From Diplonema japonicum (taxonomy: Eukaryota > Protista > Euglenozoa: Diplonemea): 64,000 bases of DNA. Position numbers and translations under genes: made by a program. Positions 42,129 through 54,700 of the stretch are shown here, piece by piece. Every line of letters begins with the position of its first letter. Position 1 is the first letter of the stretch. Location of the stretch: the NCBI GenBank assembly GCA_964019335.1, contig OZ025729.1, forward strand, positions 248,001 through 312,000, read 5' to 3'. Below the pieces are notes generated by a model. That model ran no database searches. It was given only the letters and a program-made list of their open reading frames with translations, and was not told the origin of the DNA.

Positions 42129-44273
42129 ATGGCATTAATGTGTTTGCTTGTAGGAGCGGTGTTAAGCCAGACACATACCTTTCAGAAGCTTGGTACACAC
42201 AGCTACACAAGCTACTCTCAGCCTTTGGCAGTAGGGTCGTACGGCTCCTACTTCTTTGTGCTGCGAAACACACAGGGAGGCGGCGACCAAGTAGATGTCA
42301 TGGAGAAGACCCAGACCAACCCAAAGTTCCTCTTCACCATCGACTGCCCAGCCCCCGACAGATGCTATGCAATGGAAGTCGACTCAGGCCGCTTGCTGAT
42401 TGCAACCACCAAAGAGGTAAGGGTATATGACATAACAAACATCCGTGCTGTGCGGTACAAAGGGTCCTTCTACTACCCTAACGGCTGCGTCAACGAGCGC
42501 CCCAGGTCGGTCGCAGTGTCTAGTGCTGGTGTCATGTACACTGCGTGTGCCATCAACAATGATGTTATGTGGATCTTCTCTGTTGTCCTGAAGACGTCGT
42601 ACGTCCCTGTGGAGTCTCATTCTTTCAGTATGGGGAGCGACCCTGACAGGTTGCTCAGGGGTCTGGCGTATTATGCTGGGAGGCTGTACATATCTTATAA
42701 CTCTAGGGACGTGTTGGTCTACAATGTGTACCCCACTGGGCTGGTCATCTTGTACATTCACTTCCAGCTCTCGAGCAACCCTAGTGACAGATTCTCCTAT
42801 TTTTCGGCCGTTGGTGAAGGTGGTTACCTGTACGCCGCCGTGGGTAGCACGCAGGGTGATTCGCTTCTGAAGTTCAATGCCGCTACTGGGGCACGTGTCC
42901 CGCTCACGCTGTCGTCCCCCATCCGTCCTGCCGACCGTACCTCCTGCCTTGACATGGCGCACAGTAGGGGGCGGCTTTACCTGGCGTGCATCACTGCAGG
43001 AGTCATTGTGGCGGAGCCGCAGCCGGGTTCATCTGTGGTGACCGTTCCCGCCGCGGACCAGGCTGTCTGGGGCATGGCCCTCCACGCAGATGATGAGTAC
43101 CTCTACCACGCGAGCAGCAATGGGGCATCCGTGTACAGAACATGGTTAAACCCTCCCACCCCTGTTCCTACACCAGTGCCCACACCAGTGCCCACACCAG
43201 TACCTACCCCTGTTCCTACGCCAGTGCCCACACCAGTACCTACTCCTGTCCCCACAGCAGCACCTACCCCTGTTCCTACGCCAGTACCCACCCCTGTTCC
43301 TACGCCAGTACCCACCCCTGTTCCTACGCCAGCACCTACACCTGTCCCCACAGCAGCACCTACCCCTGTTCCTACGCCAGTACCCACCCCTGTTCCTACG
43401 CCAGTACCCACCCCTGTTCCTACGCCAGCACCTACACCTGTCCCCACAGCAGCACCTACCCCTGTTCCTACGCCAGTACCCACCCCTGTTCCTACACCTG
43501 TCCCCACAGCAGCACCTACCCCTGTTCCTACACCAGTACCCACCCCTGTTCCTACGCCAGTACCCACTCCTGTCCCCACAGCAGCACCCACCCCTGTTCC
43601 TACACCTGTCCCCTCAGCAGCACCCACCCCTGTTCCTACACCAGTGCCTTCTGTTAAAATGGTCGAGCTGCTTGGCGGTGCCGACCCTGTTACGAGGCCT
43701 GGTGCTGGTGCAGACGTCGAGGATGCCGCAACCGGTCAGAGGTGGGTTAATATACCACAGTGGCTGGAGGGGGCCACTGTGCACATGGGGGCGTATGGGA
43801 AGCAAGGGATGTCCCTGCAGCTCACCTGCCCGGCCACCCCCGCAGCCCTGCCGTGTACGTTTTACGTTGTTCTGCATAACTGTCTTCCGTGCAGCACTGC
43901 GTCGAACGGGGGGCTTCCCAACGGGCTGCTGAGCGAAGGGTTTGAGGCAGGGGGGTGTGGGCCAAGGTACGGTAGTGCCTTCTCTCATGGGGCGCTGCCC
44001 GCGGTGGTGTTCAGGCGTGAAGTGCCTTCGGGTGCACCGCCTGTGGTGGTTCCTCTTTTGAGAAACCTCCTGCACTTTGCGGTGTTCGTGCATTCCTCAG
44101 GAGAGCAGTGCTCCACTCGAGCTGACGAGGCCTCGTGCTCTGCATCCCCATCTAGGTGCGACTATGACCAACAACAAGGCTGCAGGTCGACTGCCATGTG
44201 TGCAAGGTTCAGAGGCCCTGTCTTCAATGCTAATGGTGCATCGTGCGTGTGCTTCAAAGGTCCTGATTTCTGA
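42129..44273 (+). CDS. Secreted protein: beta-propeller-like N-domain, TPVP/TAAP mucin-like repeat, Cys-rich C-domain (714 aa)
   Basis: Signal peptide; repeated beta-strand units ([23 protein letters not shown]); 12-bp tandem repeat 43152-43650. Confidence 0.85.
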   Translation: MALMCLLVGAVLSQTHTFQKLGTHSYTSYSQPLAVGSYGSYFFVLRNTQGGGDQVDVMEKTQTNPKFLFTIDCPAPDRCYAMEVDSGRLLIATTKEVRVYDITNIRAVRYKGSFYYPNGCVNERPRSVAVSSAGVMYTACAINNDVMWIFSVVLKTSYVPVESHSFSMGSDPDRLLRGLAYYAGRLYISYNSRDVLVYNVYPTGLVILYIHFQLSSNPSDRFSYFSAVGEGGYLYAAVGSTQGDSLLKFNAATGARVPLTLSSPIRPADRTSCLDMAHSRGRLYLACITAGVIVAEPQPGSSVVTVPAADQAVWGMALHADDEYLYHASSNGASVYRTWLNPPTPVPTPVPTPVPTPVPTPVPTPVPTPVPTPVPTAAPTPVPTPVPTPVPTPVPTPVPTPAPTPVPTAAPTPVPTPVPTPVPTPVPTPVPTPAPTPVPTAAPTPVPTPVPTPVPTPVPTAAPTPVPTPVPTPVPTPVPTPVPTAAPTPVPTPVPSAAPTPVPTPVPSVKMVELLGGADPVTRPGAGADVEDAATGQRWVNIPQWLEGATVHMGAYGKQGMSLQLTCPATPAALPCTFYVVLHNCLPCSTASNGGLPNGLLSEGFEAGGCGPRYGSAFSHGALPAVVFRREVPSGAPPVVVPLLRNLLHFAVFVHSSGEQCSTRADEASCSASPSRCDYDQQQGCRSTAMCARFRGPVFNANGASCVCFKGPDF

Positions 44274-44875
44274 TGGCCCTCCACCATACTTTTTTTCCTT
44301 TTTTTTTTTTATCTTTTCATCGTGTCGAAAAAATGTTTAAATTTGTCCCTTTTGAAGGAAAAAAAAAAAAAAAAGAAGAAGAAAAAAGAATGGGGGGGGG
44401 GGGAAGATTGCTATGACGGACTCAGAAGAGTCCGGGGTCCACAGTGCGGGCTCTGGATAAAACGAAAGAAAAGAAAAAAAGAAACATTTATTCTTATAAC
44501 AAACTAAAGAAAACGTATCTTTATTATTGTCTTTTTCTTTTTTTGTATCACCGCCCTGTTGGCCTGTTATTACAAGCCTGGAGCTAATTAGGTGACGCCA
44601 TTCCCCCCCCCCCCCCCCCGCCTCTCTCTTAATTATTGCTCACTCCTGCTTCAATTGCTTCTCCCCACTTTCCTCCCCTCCCCCCCCTTTTTTTTTACCT
44701 ATTCTATGCTGCTCTAAACGGTTTTCGGTGTCTTTCATCTTTTCTTTTTTTCTCCCCTTTTATGTGTGTGCGCTCTAGGGGGGGGGATTTTTTTTTCCTG
44801 GGAAGAAGTTTTTTTTTTTATTATTCCACTTTACAGAAATTACTTCACTCACTCGGGAGTTCTGCAATAAAAAAT

Positions 44876-44907
<32 letters not shown>

Positions 44908-46211
44908 CAACACAGCCAAAAAAGAAAGAAAGGCCGAGGCCCCAGAAGGGAGAAAGGGGTAGATAAGTAGAGACAAGGGGGACGTTCCAAAACAGGAACC
45001 TCCTTTATCTCATCTCTTTTTTTTGCAAGAAGGAGTCTTTGACTTGTCTAAACAAAAGGGGAACGTTGGCAACGTGTTGCGGGTCGACGAACTTCTCCAG
45101 GTTTTACCCGCCACGTACAAACAACGGCTAGTTCCTCTTTTTTACGCTAACCCATAAATCTCATGGTGAAGAAATGGCTCGTCTACACTTTTTTTTGGAA
45201 CCCCCTTTTTTTTTTCCAGGTGAAGCAATTTAATTTCAGAGTGTCGTGAAATAAAACCACTTACATGCCTCCAAGCATTTGCTTTAACGCCACTCTCGGC
45301 CCCCCCCCTGTGGGGTCCTCAGTGGTGCAAAAAAAAAAAAAAAAATCGAGAACCCTCTGTTAAAATCAGTACTTGTTGGCATAGGTCTTTTTCTTTTGAA
45401 AGGAAAAAAAAACCCCCCTCCTCCCCGAGCTATATAAAAAAAAGAAATGAAAAAAAAGAAATTCTCCCTTCATTCTACTTGTAGTTCTTTTTCTTCTTCT
45501 TTTCTTCTAGATCACGTAAAAAGCACGGGTGGTGACACCCCCCCCCCCCGTGGCCAGCTAGTTGTTTATTATTGTCCAAGATGCCCGGGAAATATATTGA
45601 TCATAATTATAAAAGCTGGTGCAGAACGGGGCTTAGTTACTGTTGTGCCAATAATTTATTTTTTTTGTTTGTTTTATTGACATAATTGTAGTTTTGCCGA
45701 AGAAAAAGAAAAAAAAAAAAAAGAATGTTTTGGCAGTTTGTTACCATTGCGCACAAACAAAGAATATACCAGCCTATTCTTCCCCCCCCCTCACCCCCGC
45801 CCCCTCACACTCCCCTCCTGCTCCGCGTCCGCTTTGTTAGCAAAGGATTATGCGATCGGGCTGTGGCAGCGCTTGAGGAGTAGCAGATTAGTAGATTATA
45901 TCGACTCTTTTTTTTTTGAGGGCTTTTGCCCTCTGCCTCTCTCTCTTGCTTCTTTTCTTTTTTCTCTTCCCCCCCCCCCCCTGTGCGTTTTGGTTCAATT
46001 ATTTTTTAGGTTTTTTTTTTTTTCTCTCTCTCGTCTTTTTGTTTTTCGCTTCGAGATTAGGATAACAACGAATTAATAATAATATAAAAAAAAAAAAAAA
46101 AAATCCAGGTGTAACAATGATACCGGATACCGGATGAAATTTGAAAAGAAAAGGAAAAAAAAGGAAGAAGAAAAAAAAAAACGAGCCTTTTGCTCATTAG
46201 CAAAAAGAGGG

Positions 46212-46251
<40 letters not shown>

Positions 46252-46268
46252 GGCTTGCACAAACAAAA

Positions 46269-46616
46269 ATGGCTTGCGCAGACATCGACCCGTCGGAGTT
46301 GTCGGTTATACTATACCCGGAGGGGGCCTCCACGGCGCCGGCGGACCCGGACTGTGCTGCCGGGTGCGACCGGGAGCACAAAACGGGTTTCCATTGCCCA
46401 AGATGTGGTTGCCTGGGCAACGAGGCCTGTCTCAAGCAGGTCCACAAGAAAGATGGAACACACCTTCTAAAGGACCTGGGCTCCAGGGGTTGGCTCTGCC
46501 CTCGGTGTCTATGGGCGGTCCAGAAGGAGGGCGAGCCTCTGGTGCTGCTGGGTTCCCCCGCTAGGGAGGAGAAACGGGCCCCCGTCCTGACGGAGGGGCC
46601 TCCTCATCACCGGTAG
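46269..46616 (+). pseudogene. PHD-finger-like ORF truncated by a SINE insertion
   Basis: CAAGCD...HCPRCGCLGNEAC...WLCPRC; HDV-SINE sequence starts at ~46600. Confidence 0.5.
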
Positions 46617-46765
46617 CGCCCGAGTGGAAGAACGTAACGCAGATGCTCAGGGTGACGAACAGGCAGCAAACTGCACGAGCGCCGAATCTTGGTTCCCCGG
46701 GACGCCCCGGCTGGGGTTGAGCTGTACACCGCACGCATTAAGGCGTGGAACGCAGAAGAAGCTGC
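46600..46765 (+). mobile_element. HDV-SINE copy retaining P1 3' strand, P4, J4/2 and P2 3' strand
   Basis: CATCACC-GG-TAGCGCCCGAGT...GCTCAGGGTGA-CGAA-CAGGCAGC. Confidence 0.75.
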
Positions 46766-48102
46766 GGTGACAGTTCTTGCCTTACCGGCCTCCTTTTTTT
46801 TTTTTTTTTTTTGGCGGGCCGTTGCTAACCACTTCGTTCCTATCATAGTGAATTTTTTTTCTTCGCAGGAAGCTCCTCTTTTTTTTTTTAAGACCAACTT
46901 CCTCCCTTGTTGTGCGTATTTACACATGCGAGCTAGCTAGGGAGGATACAATGCCTCATTATTCCTTTCCCCTGCCCACCGTCGACGGGCGATTTGCACG
47001 CCACCAAAAAAACCGGTACAGAAGCGAAGGGGGGATAGAGGCAGGTGGGGGAATGACGAAAAATAGCGGGGGGGGGGGGGGGAAATATTTCTATACATAT
47101 ATTTCTTTTTTCTTTTTTTTTTTTGCTCACAACAAATGTGAGCACAGTGCAGAAAACCGCAGTGAGAAAAATATCATGCTGGCTCTATATGCTGCCAGCT
47201 ATGATGTTTTCTCCCCTTGGTTTTTTTTCCACTCAGACAAAGCTTTCCTAAGTCTTCCCCCCCTTCCCCCCAGTACTATTATAATTTCTCTTCTTTTCCA
47301 AAGCTCCTATATCTGATGTTGTGGTTGTCTTTTTGTTTCCTATGGATTCTCACACATTTTCATCCTCTTCATTTTTTTTTTTTCTCTTTTTTTTTGAATG
47401 AAGTGAAAAAAAAAAAAAAAAAGGGAGGGGAGAACACAAGTGCTGAAGAAAGGAATCCGCTCTTCTATTTCCAAGACAGGTTCTCAAAGAAGAACAGGGG
47501 TTTTTTTTTCTCTTTCACACTTGGTAGTTCTCAGTTTGAGCTTTTTTTAAATGTCTTTTTTTTTTTTCTATCCCCCCCTCTTTGCACGGCTGCCCAAGAG
47601 CCTTGTAAAGAAGATATGTTTTTTTTTAAAACTATTTTTAGAGACAAGGGGGACGTTCCAAAACAGGGACCTCCTTTATTATCTCATCTCTCTTTTTCTT
47701 TTTTTTTTTTTCTTCATATTTCCCTATTTATTCTTGGGACAGGGTCCTCTTTTTTTTAACATTTTTTCTTTTTTTCTTTTTTGCAAGAACGAGTCTTTGA
47801 CATGTCTAATCACAAAAGGGGAACGTTGGCAACGTGTTGCGGGTCGACGAACTTCTCCAGGTTTTACCCGCCACGTACAAACAACGGCCAGTTCCTCTTT
47901 TTTTTTTTTTTTTTTTTGCAAGAACGAGTCTTTGACTTGTCTAAACAAAAGGGGAACGTTGGCAACGTGTTTCGGGTTGACAAACTTCTCCAGGTTTTAC
48001 CCGGCACGTACAAACAATCAAGTAGACGATACTTGTGCAGGGCGCCCTGCCACATACTGCAGGCACCCTTAAATAGTCTCTTTTTTCTTTTTTTAAAAAG
48101 AA

Positions 48103-48456
48103 CCACTAAGCCCCACAGGCCAAAAACCCGAAAAAGTCAATTTCCCAAAAGAAATTTAAAAAAAAAAAAAAAAGAAACCGCAGTATTTAACCATAAAGGT
48201 GTTCTTTTATGGAGAAGTGACCTCTGGAGACATTCGGGCTCTGAGCTGGTTTTTGACCTTATGATTTTTTGACCCAATACCTGTTTGGTTAGGAAAATGC
48301 ACATACACACCTTTCTGGCGTCCGGTGGCCTATCGGTGAGTTGCTGGAGTGGTCGGCGTTGCTGGCGGTGGAGTCGAGAATTCCTTCCGTCACTTTTTCC
48401 CGGATTTTTTTTTTTTTTTTTTCAACATAAATATATATGACATGTGGGTTTAGTGG
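48103..48456. mobile_element. Possible MITE
   Basis: Imperfect TIR CCACTAAGCCCCAC / GTGGGTTTAGTGG. Confidence 0.4.
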
Positions 48457-48494
<38 letters not shown>

Positions 48495-48930
48495 AACATT
48501 CACTGAAAATATTATAAGATTTTTGAAACTTCGAAAAAAAAGGTGGAGAATGTATCGCTTCGTTACCAGAGTCACATAAGTGAGTCACATTTAGACTTTT
48601 TGAATCAGAGAGAAGAAGTTTTAAAGAAAAAAAGATTTTTATAATGCAGTTCCGAGCTGCCCGCACACCGCGATCCATGTGGATCCGATGGAGCACGAGA
48701 GCACAAAATATGCATCGAAAAAGACCTTTAACTCATATAAAATTATTATTTATGAGTCCGGGTCCAGAAAGAAATGTCACCCGTGTGTAGCTTCCCCAAG
48801 AAACCAAAAGCACCCCACAAAAAGCAACTTAAACACCCCAACTCTCCAGTTTAGTGTTTTATTGCCTCTGTGGCCTCTCCTTTCCTCCACTTTTACTTTC
48901 TACGGGACCACAGGGACTTGAGAGTCAATG

Positions 48931-48974
<44 letters not shown>

Positions 48975-49246
48975 GGGACGAATGTGTTTTACGCTTTTTT
49001 TGAGGGGGGTCTAAAGACTTCCCGAAACACCAAAGCCCGTGATTGGTCACGGCATCCGAGGCTGCTTCAGGTTTGATCAGAAAACTGTGTACTATCTAGC
49101 CGCAGTAAGAGAAGAAGAAAAAGCAAAAACAGAAAAAAAAAAAAAAAAAGAAAGAAGAAAGAATTGGATTGCAATACCGTTTGCTAAATGCGCTTACAAA
49201 ATATGAAAGGGGGTCCGTTATTATTATTAATTTTTTTTTTATTTAA

Positions 49247-50314
49247 TTTATAACTCCAGTCAGATTTGAAAAAAAAGAATTACTTTTATGAGTGAATATA
49301 AAGTACTTTTATACCCCCACACGTTAAATAAAACAACGGATTTAGCGAAAATGGATCCGATTTTTACTTTTTTGGTGGTGTGAGCTTGTTGACTTCACGT
49401 TGCTTCACGAGCGAAGCGAGTGAAGTTGTTGTATACCACTCGTTAAACCACTGCCACCACGCGCGTGAAAATCATAGGATAGTAAAAGAATTGTGGGAAA
49501 AATGTTTGAAAATTGCGAGAAATGAGAATAACGGGGAGAGAGGAAAAAAGAAAATAACTATTTATTTAGTGAAAATAAGATCGTATGATTTTCACGCGTG
49601 GTGGCAGTGGTTTAACGAGTGGGTATATGACTTCACGAGCGAAGCGAGTGCAGTCATGAATGTCTACTTCACGAGCGAAGCGAGTGAAGTAACATCAACG
49701 AGTTAAACATGCCACCACAAGTGAAAATCGGATCTATTTTCACTAAATCCGTTGTTTTATTTAACGTCAGTCAGATTTGAAAGGGTGGGGTATTACAGGT
49801 TACAAGTTACAAGTTAAAATTTTACTGGGGGTGCTTATGGTTGATATTGATTGTCAAGGCATATCCTGTGTGGTGCGGGCTGTGCGTCCATGAGTGCTGA
49901 CAGGACCTCGGTCTGGACCTGTGAGGCTGCTGCCTGGGTTGCTGAGGTTGCCCCACTAGCAGCTGTCACCGCTGCTGGCTTGCCAAGCCCACCTCTCTCC
50001 CCTTCTGTTGAGAGAGGCGACCAGATCCTTGAGTGACGTAAAAAGTGAGATTCCCAGATTCGAACCGGGGTTTCCAAAACAAGGGGCCTGTGTGGTAACC
50101 ACCCTTTTCCGTGTTTTCGCCCCGACCCCTTGCTGTGCAGTGAAAATAGGGCTAGCGTGAATATAAAGTACTTTATATTCACTCATAAAGTAATTTTCAT
50201 TTCTGCCCCTGTTTTCTTCCTAAAACAAGCCTGAAATCTGCAATGAAAATAAAGTGAAGCGTGAAATAATGTGAAATATTATATTCACTCCCACCCTTGA
50301 AAATCTGACTGGAG

Positions 50315-50320
<6 letters not shown>
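49247..50320. mobile_element. Nested TIR elements: outer element plus inner foldback 49321-49767
   Basis: Outer TATAACTCCAGTCAGATTT / AAATCTGACTGGAGTTATA; inner ~160-bp inverted arms starting ACGTTAAATAAAACAACGGATTTAG. Confidence 0.75.
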
Positions 50321-50378
<58 letters not shown>

Positions 50379-50778
50379 GTTCAATTTTTTGTAACCATTT
50401 GCGCGCGAAATTTCTATATTTTATTTTACAAGTTACACTTCTTGCGCTTAGCTGACAAAGGCAACTTACGTGAGGTTACGGGATTGCATGAGGGAAGGCG
50501 TACCCTCTTCTAGCGTGGGATTTGTACCTTTATACCTCCCCCCCCCTTTTTTTAAAAAAAAAGGTAAGTATGCATGGAACGAAACAAGAATAACTAAACC
50601 TTCAGCGTTATCTTAAATTTGATACTGTCACCGCCGGTAGTTGAATTGCCTTTTCTCTGAATCTCACAAAAAGAAACAAAAGAGCCGCGAGACAAAGTAT
50701 CTAAAAAGAAAAAAAATTTTAAAAAAGATTTTTTTTTTAATTTTTTTTTTTTTTTTTTTTTCCCCTCACCCTTTCTAC

Positions 50779-50809
<31 letters not shown>

Positions 50810-51160
50810 TTGTTTTTTTTTCTTCTTCTTGGGGTAAACCCACGAGTCCCCCAGCTATCTACTTTCCTTTTTTTTTTTTTTTTCTTCTTTTTATTTGCAG
50901 TATCTCACAGTTCCTAGTTTGCGACTCTCAGCTTGTTGACGTTTGATGTAATGATGAATTTGTTCTTCACCATATCGCAATGCATCACCATCCTGTTGTT
51001 CTGCCAGTTTACATCTTTCGTCGGTTTGTTATTTACCATATCGCAATGCATGGCATTCTGTCTTCTTTACTTAATCGCAATTTCTCTCCCATCCTGTTTG
51101 TCGGTATTTGTTGTTTACCATACCCCCAATGATGGCCATTTTGTTGTGCTCCTATCTCAG

Positions 51161-51465
51161 GTGGTGGGGATAGCATAAAAAAAATATAAAAAGTACATCA
51201 GATGTGTTGTTCGCTGTTGACCATGGAGTTAGCCCTAGATTTTGAAACGACACAGATCGTTGGAGGAGAAAGCGCTGAATGATCAAGAAGGAAGAAAGCC
51301 TCTCCCTGTACGAGATTTATCTTCACAGCGAAGCTCCAATAAGGGAGCATCAATAGACAGATCCCTCCCCCACCATAAAAGTGGTCTTCTGGGATCTTCC
51401 CTTAAACAATCCTGAGGCACTTCCTGTGATTCTGCTGAACTGCCACCATGACGGGTACCTAATAC
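51161..51465 (+). mobile_element. Internally deleted LINE: ribozyme head + ELALDFE coding remnant + 3' tail
   Basis: GGTGGTG...GCTGTTGACC fused to ATGGAGTTAGCCCTAGATTTTGAA; ends CTGCCAC...GGTACC. Confidence 0.6.
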
Positions 51466-51706
51466 ATTGCACCATATTCCACCCCTTTTTATCTTTTTTT
51501 TCGCTTCTCTATTCTGACTTAAAATCATTTCAGGTACCTAATACATTGCGAGAAACATTAGGGTTAGTAACAAAAGGATCCCTTCAAACAGCAGCGTTGT
51601 CCACTCTCTTACTCTTTTCCCTGCCCTTTTTTTGCTTTCATTTTTTTCCTTCCAGCTTCATGGCATCACTAACCAAGCATCTCAGTTTCTACTACAACAA
51701 AGCACC

Positions 51707-54700
51707 ATGAAGGGTAATAACATATTACATACCCTTTCCTTAGCCTTCTTTGTTACAAGAGCATCTGGAATATGCCCCAGTGAGGCACCCTCCTTCGACA
51801 GGGAAGCCGGCACACCTTATTCATGCTCCTCATCCACAACAGACGACGTACACCTGTACTGGACAGTGGATGGGGCAGCTGTTCACATGGCACTGACGGC
51901 GAAGGATGTGTCTGGGTGGCTCTCGATCGGATTTGCTGAGACTCGTGGTAGGATGGACCCTGCTGATTCGCTGTCAGGGTATGGGATGAATGTGAGCACT
52001 CAGAAGCTTCTTGCTGGCTACGATGTGAGCGAGGATAACACTGTTCTCACTGACATCACGAACAGGGAGATCTCCACCCTCACCATCGGGGGTGAGTCTT
52101 ACCGTGTCTTGAGGTTTACGAGAACGCTTGTGAGCATCCCCTCTGGTGTCCTCTCTTTGAACTATGCTTATCACAACACATCCAACACCTTCCCTTCTCT
52201 TCACACCTCGAGGGGTGGCTGGAAGTCCGATTTAATGATTGCAAATGCACCTGTGAATCCTCTGTGCCCCAGTGAGGCACCCTCCTTCGACAGGGAAGCC
52301 GGCACACCTTATTCATGCTCCTCATCCACAACAGACGACGTACACCTGTACTGGACAGTGGATGGGGCAGCTGTTCACATGGCACTGACGGCGAAGGATG
52401 TGTCTGGGTGGCTCTCGATCGGATTTGCTGAGACTCGTGGTAGGATGGACCCTGCTGATTCGCTGTCAGGGTATGGGATGAATGTGAGCACTCAGAAGCT
52501 TCTTGCTGGCTACGATGTGAGCGAGGATAACACTGTTCTCACTGACATCACGAACAGGGAGATCTCCACCCTCACCATCGGGGGTGAGTCTTACCGTGTC
52601 TTGAGGTTTACGAGAACGCTTGTGAGCATCCCCTCTGGTGTCCTCTCTTTGAACTATGCTTATCACAACACATCCAACACCTTCCCTTCTCTTCACACCT
52701 CGAGGGGTGGCTGGAAGTCCGATTTAATGATTGCAAATGCACCTGTGAATCCTCTGTGCCCCAGTGAGGCACCCTCCTTCGACAGGGAAGCCGGCACACC
52801 TTATTCATGCTCCTCATCCACAACAGACGACGTACACCTGTACTGGACAGTGGATGGGGCAGCTGTTCATATGGCACTGACGGCAAAGGATGTGTCTGGG
52901 TGGCTCTCGATCGGATTTGCTGAGACTCGTGGTAGGATGGACCCTGCTGATTCACTGTCAGGGTATGGGATGAATGTGAGCACTCAGAAGCTTCTTCCTG
53001 GCTACGATGTGAGCGAGGATAACACTGTTCTCACTGACATCACGAACAGGGAGATCTCCACCCTCACCATCGGGGGTGAGTCTTACCGTGTCTTGAGGTT
53101 TACGAGAACGCTTGTGAGCATCCCCTCTGGTGTCCTCTCTTTGAACTATGCTTATCACAACACATCCAACACCTTCCCTTCTCTTCACACCTCGAGGGGT
53201 GGCTGGAAGTCCGATTTAATGATTGCAAATGCACCTGTGAATCCTCTGTGCCCCAGTGAGGCACCCTCCTTCGACAGGGAAGCCGGCACACCTTATTCAT
53301 GCTCCTCATCCACAACAGACGACGTACACCTGTACTGGACAGTGGATGGGGCAGCTGTTCACATGGCACTGACGGCGAAGGATGTGTCTGGGTGGCTCTC
53401 GATCGGATTTGCTGAGACTCGTGGTAGGATGGACCCTGCTGATTCACTGTCAGGGTATGGGATGAATGTGAGCACTCAGAAGCTTCTTGCTGGCTACGAT
53501 GTGAGCGAGGACAACACTGTTCTCACTGACATCACGAACAGGGAGATCTCCACCCTCACCATCGGGGGTGAGTCTTACCGTGTCTTGAGGTTCACGAGAA
53601 CGTTGGTGAGCATCCCCTCTGGTGTCCTCTCTCTGAACTATGCTTATCACAACACATCCAACACCTTCCCTTCTCTTCACACCTCGAGGGGTGGCTGGAA
53701 GTCTGAGTTGCAGATCAACGGAACTGCACCAGTTATAATGCCAACTACGCCAACACCAATGACGACTTGCCCCAGTGAGGCACCCTCCTTCGACAGGGAA
53801 GCCGGCACACCTTATTCATGCTCCTCATCCACAACAGACGACGTACACCTGTACTGGACAGTGGATGGGGCAGCTGTTCACATGGCACTGACGGCGAAGG
53901 ATGTGTCTGGGTGGCTCTCGATCGGATTTGCTGAGACTCGTGGTAGGATGGACCCTGCTGATTCACTGTCAGGGTATGGGATGAATGTGAGCACTCAGAA
54001 GCTTCTTCCTGGCTACGATGTGAGCGAGGACAACACTGTTCTCACTGACATCACGAACAGGGAGATCTCCACCCTCACCATCGGGGGTGAGTCTTACCGT
54101 GTCTTGAGGTTCACGAGAACAGTCGCAAGCATCCCTTCTGGTGTCCTCTCTGTTAACTATGCTTTCCATTCTACATCCAACACCTTCCCATCTATTCACA
54201 CCTCGAGGGGTGGCTGGAAGTCGGACCTACAGCTGGACAGCACTCTACCAACATCCCTTCCCACCCCCACGACGGAGGCCCCCACGGGACCCCCAGCAGG
54301 GTGCACGCCCTCGACACTCCCTGAGTTCAGGTGCATGGAAACGATCGACACGAAGACAGTGCTACACTGGACGACCCTGTCAAACGGGACAGTGGATGCG
54401 CAGCTTGTCGTTGCCCAGAACTCAGCAGGGTGGTGCTCTGTGGGGCTTCCCATCAACGGGTTCGACATGATCGGTGCGAAGGCATTGGTGTCGGACGGGC
54501 TGATCTACGACATGAATGGGAAGACCTCTGCCAGCATTGTGCAGACGGGGGACAGGGGCGGCTTCAGGCAGGTGGCGGCGACAACAAGGTCCTTCCGAAA
54601 GGCAGCTGTGGCACAAGTGTCCGGGGACCAGGTGCTGCGCTTCTCGACGGACGTGGGAACGGCGGCGGGGGCGCAGCTGAGCCTCATCGTTGGTTACCAT

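Noticed and set aside
43103-43657. GVGT-repeat antisense ORF and CSYAST alternative-frame ORF
   Set aside because: Shadows of the TPVP coding repeat.
50045-50110. tRNA gene on the minus strand (TGGTTA...GGTTCGAATC)
   Set aside because: A B-box-like T-arm is present, but there is no acceptor or anticodon stem; at most a tRNA-derived relic.
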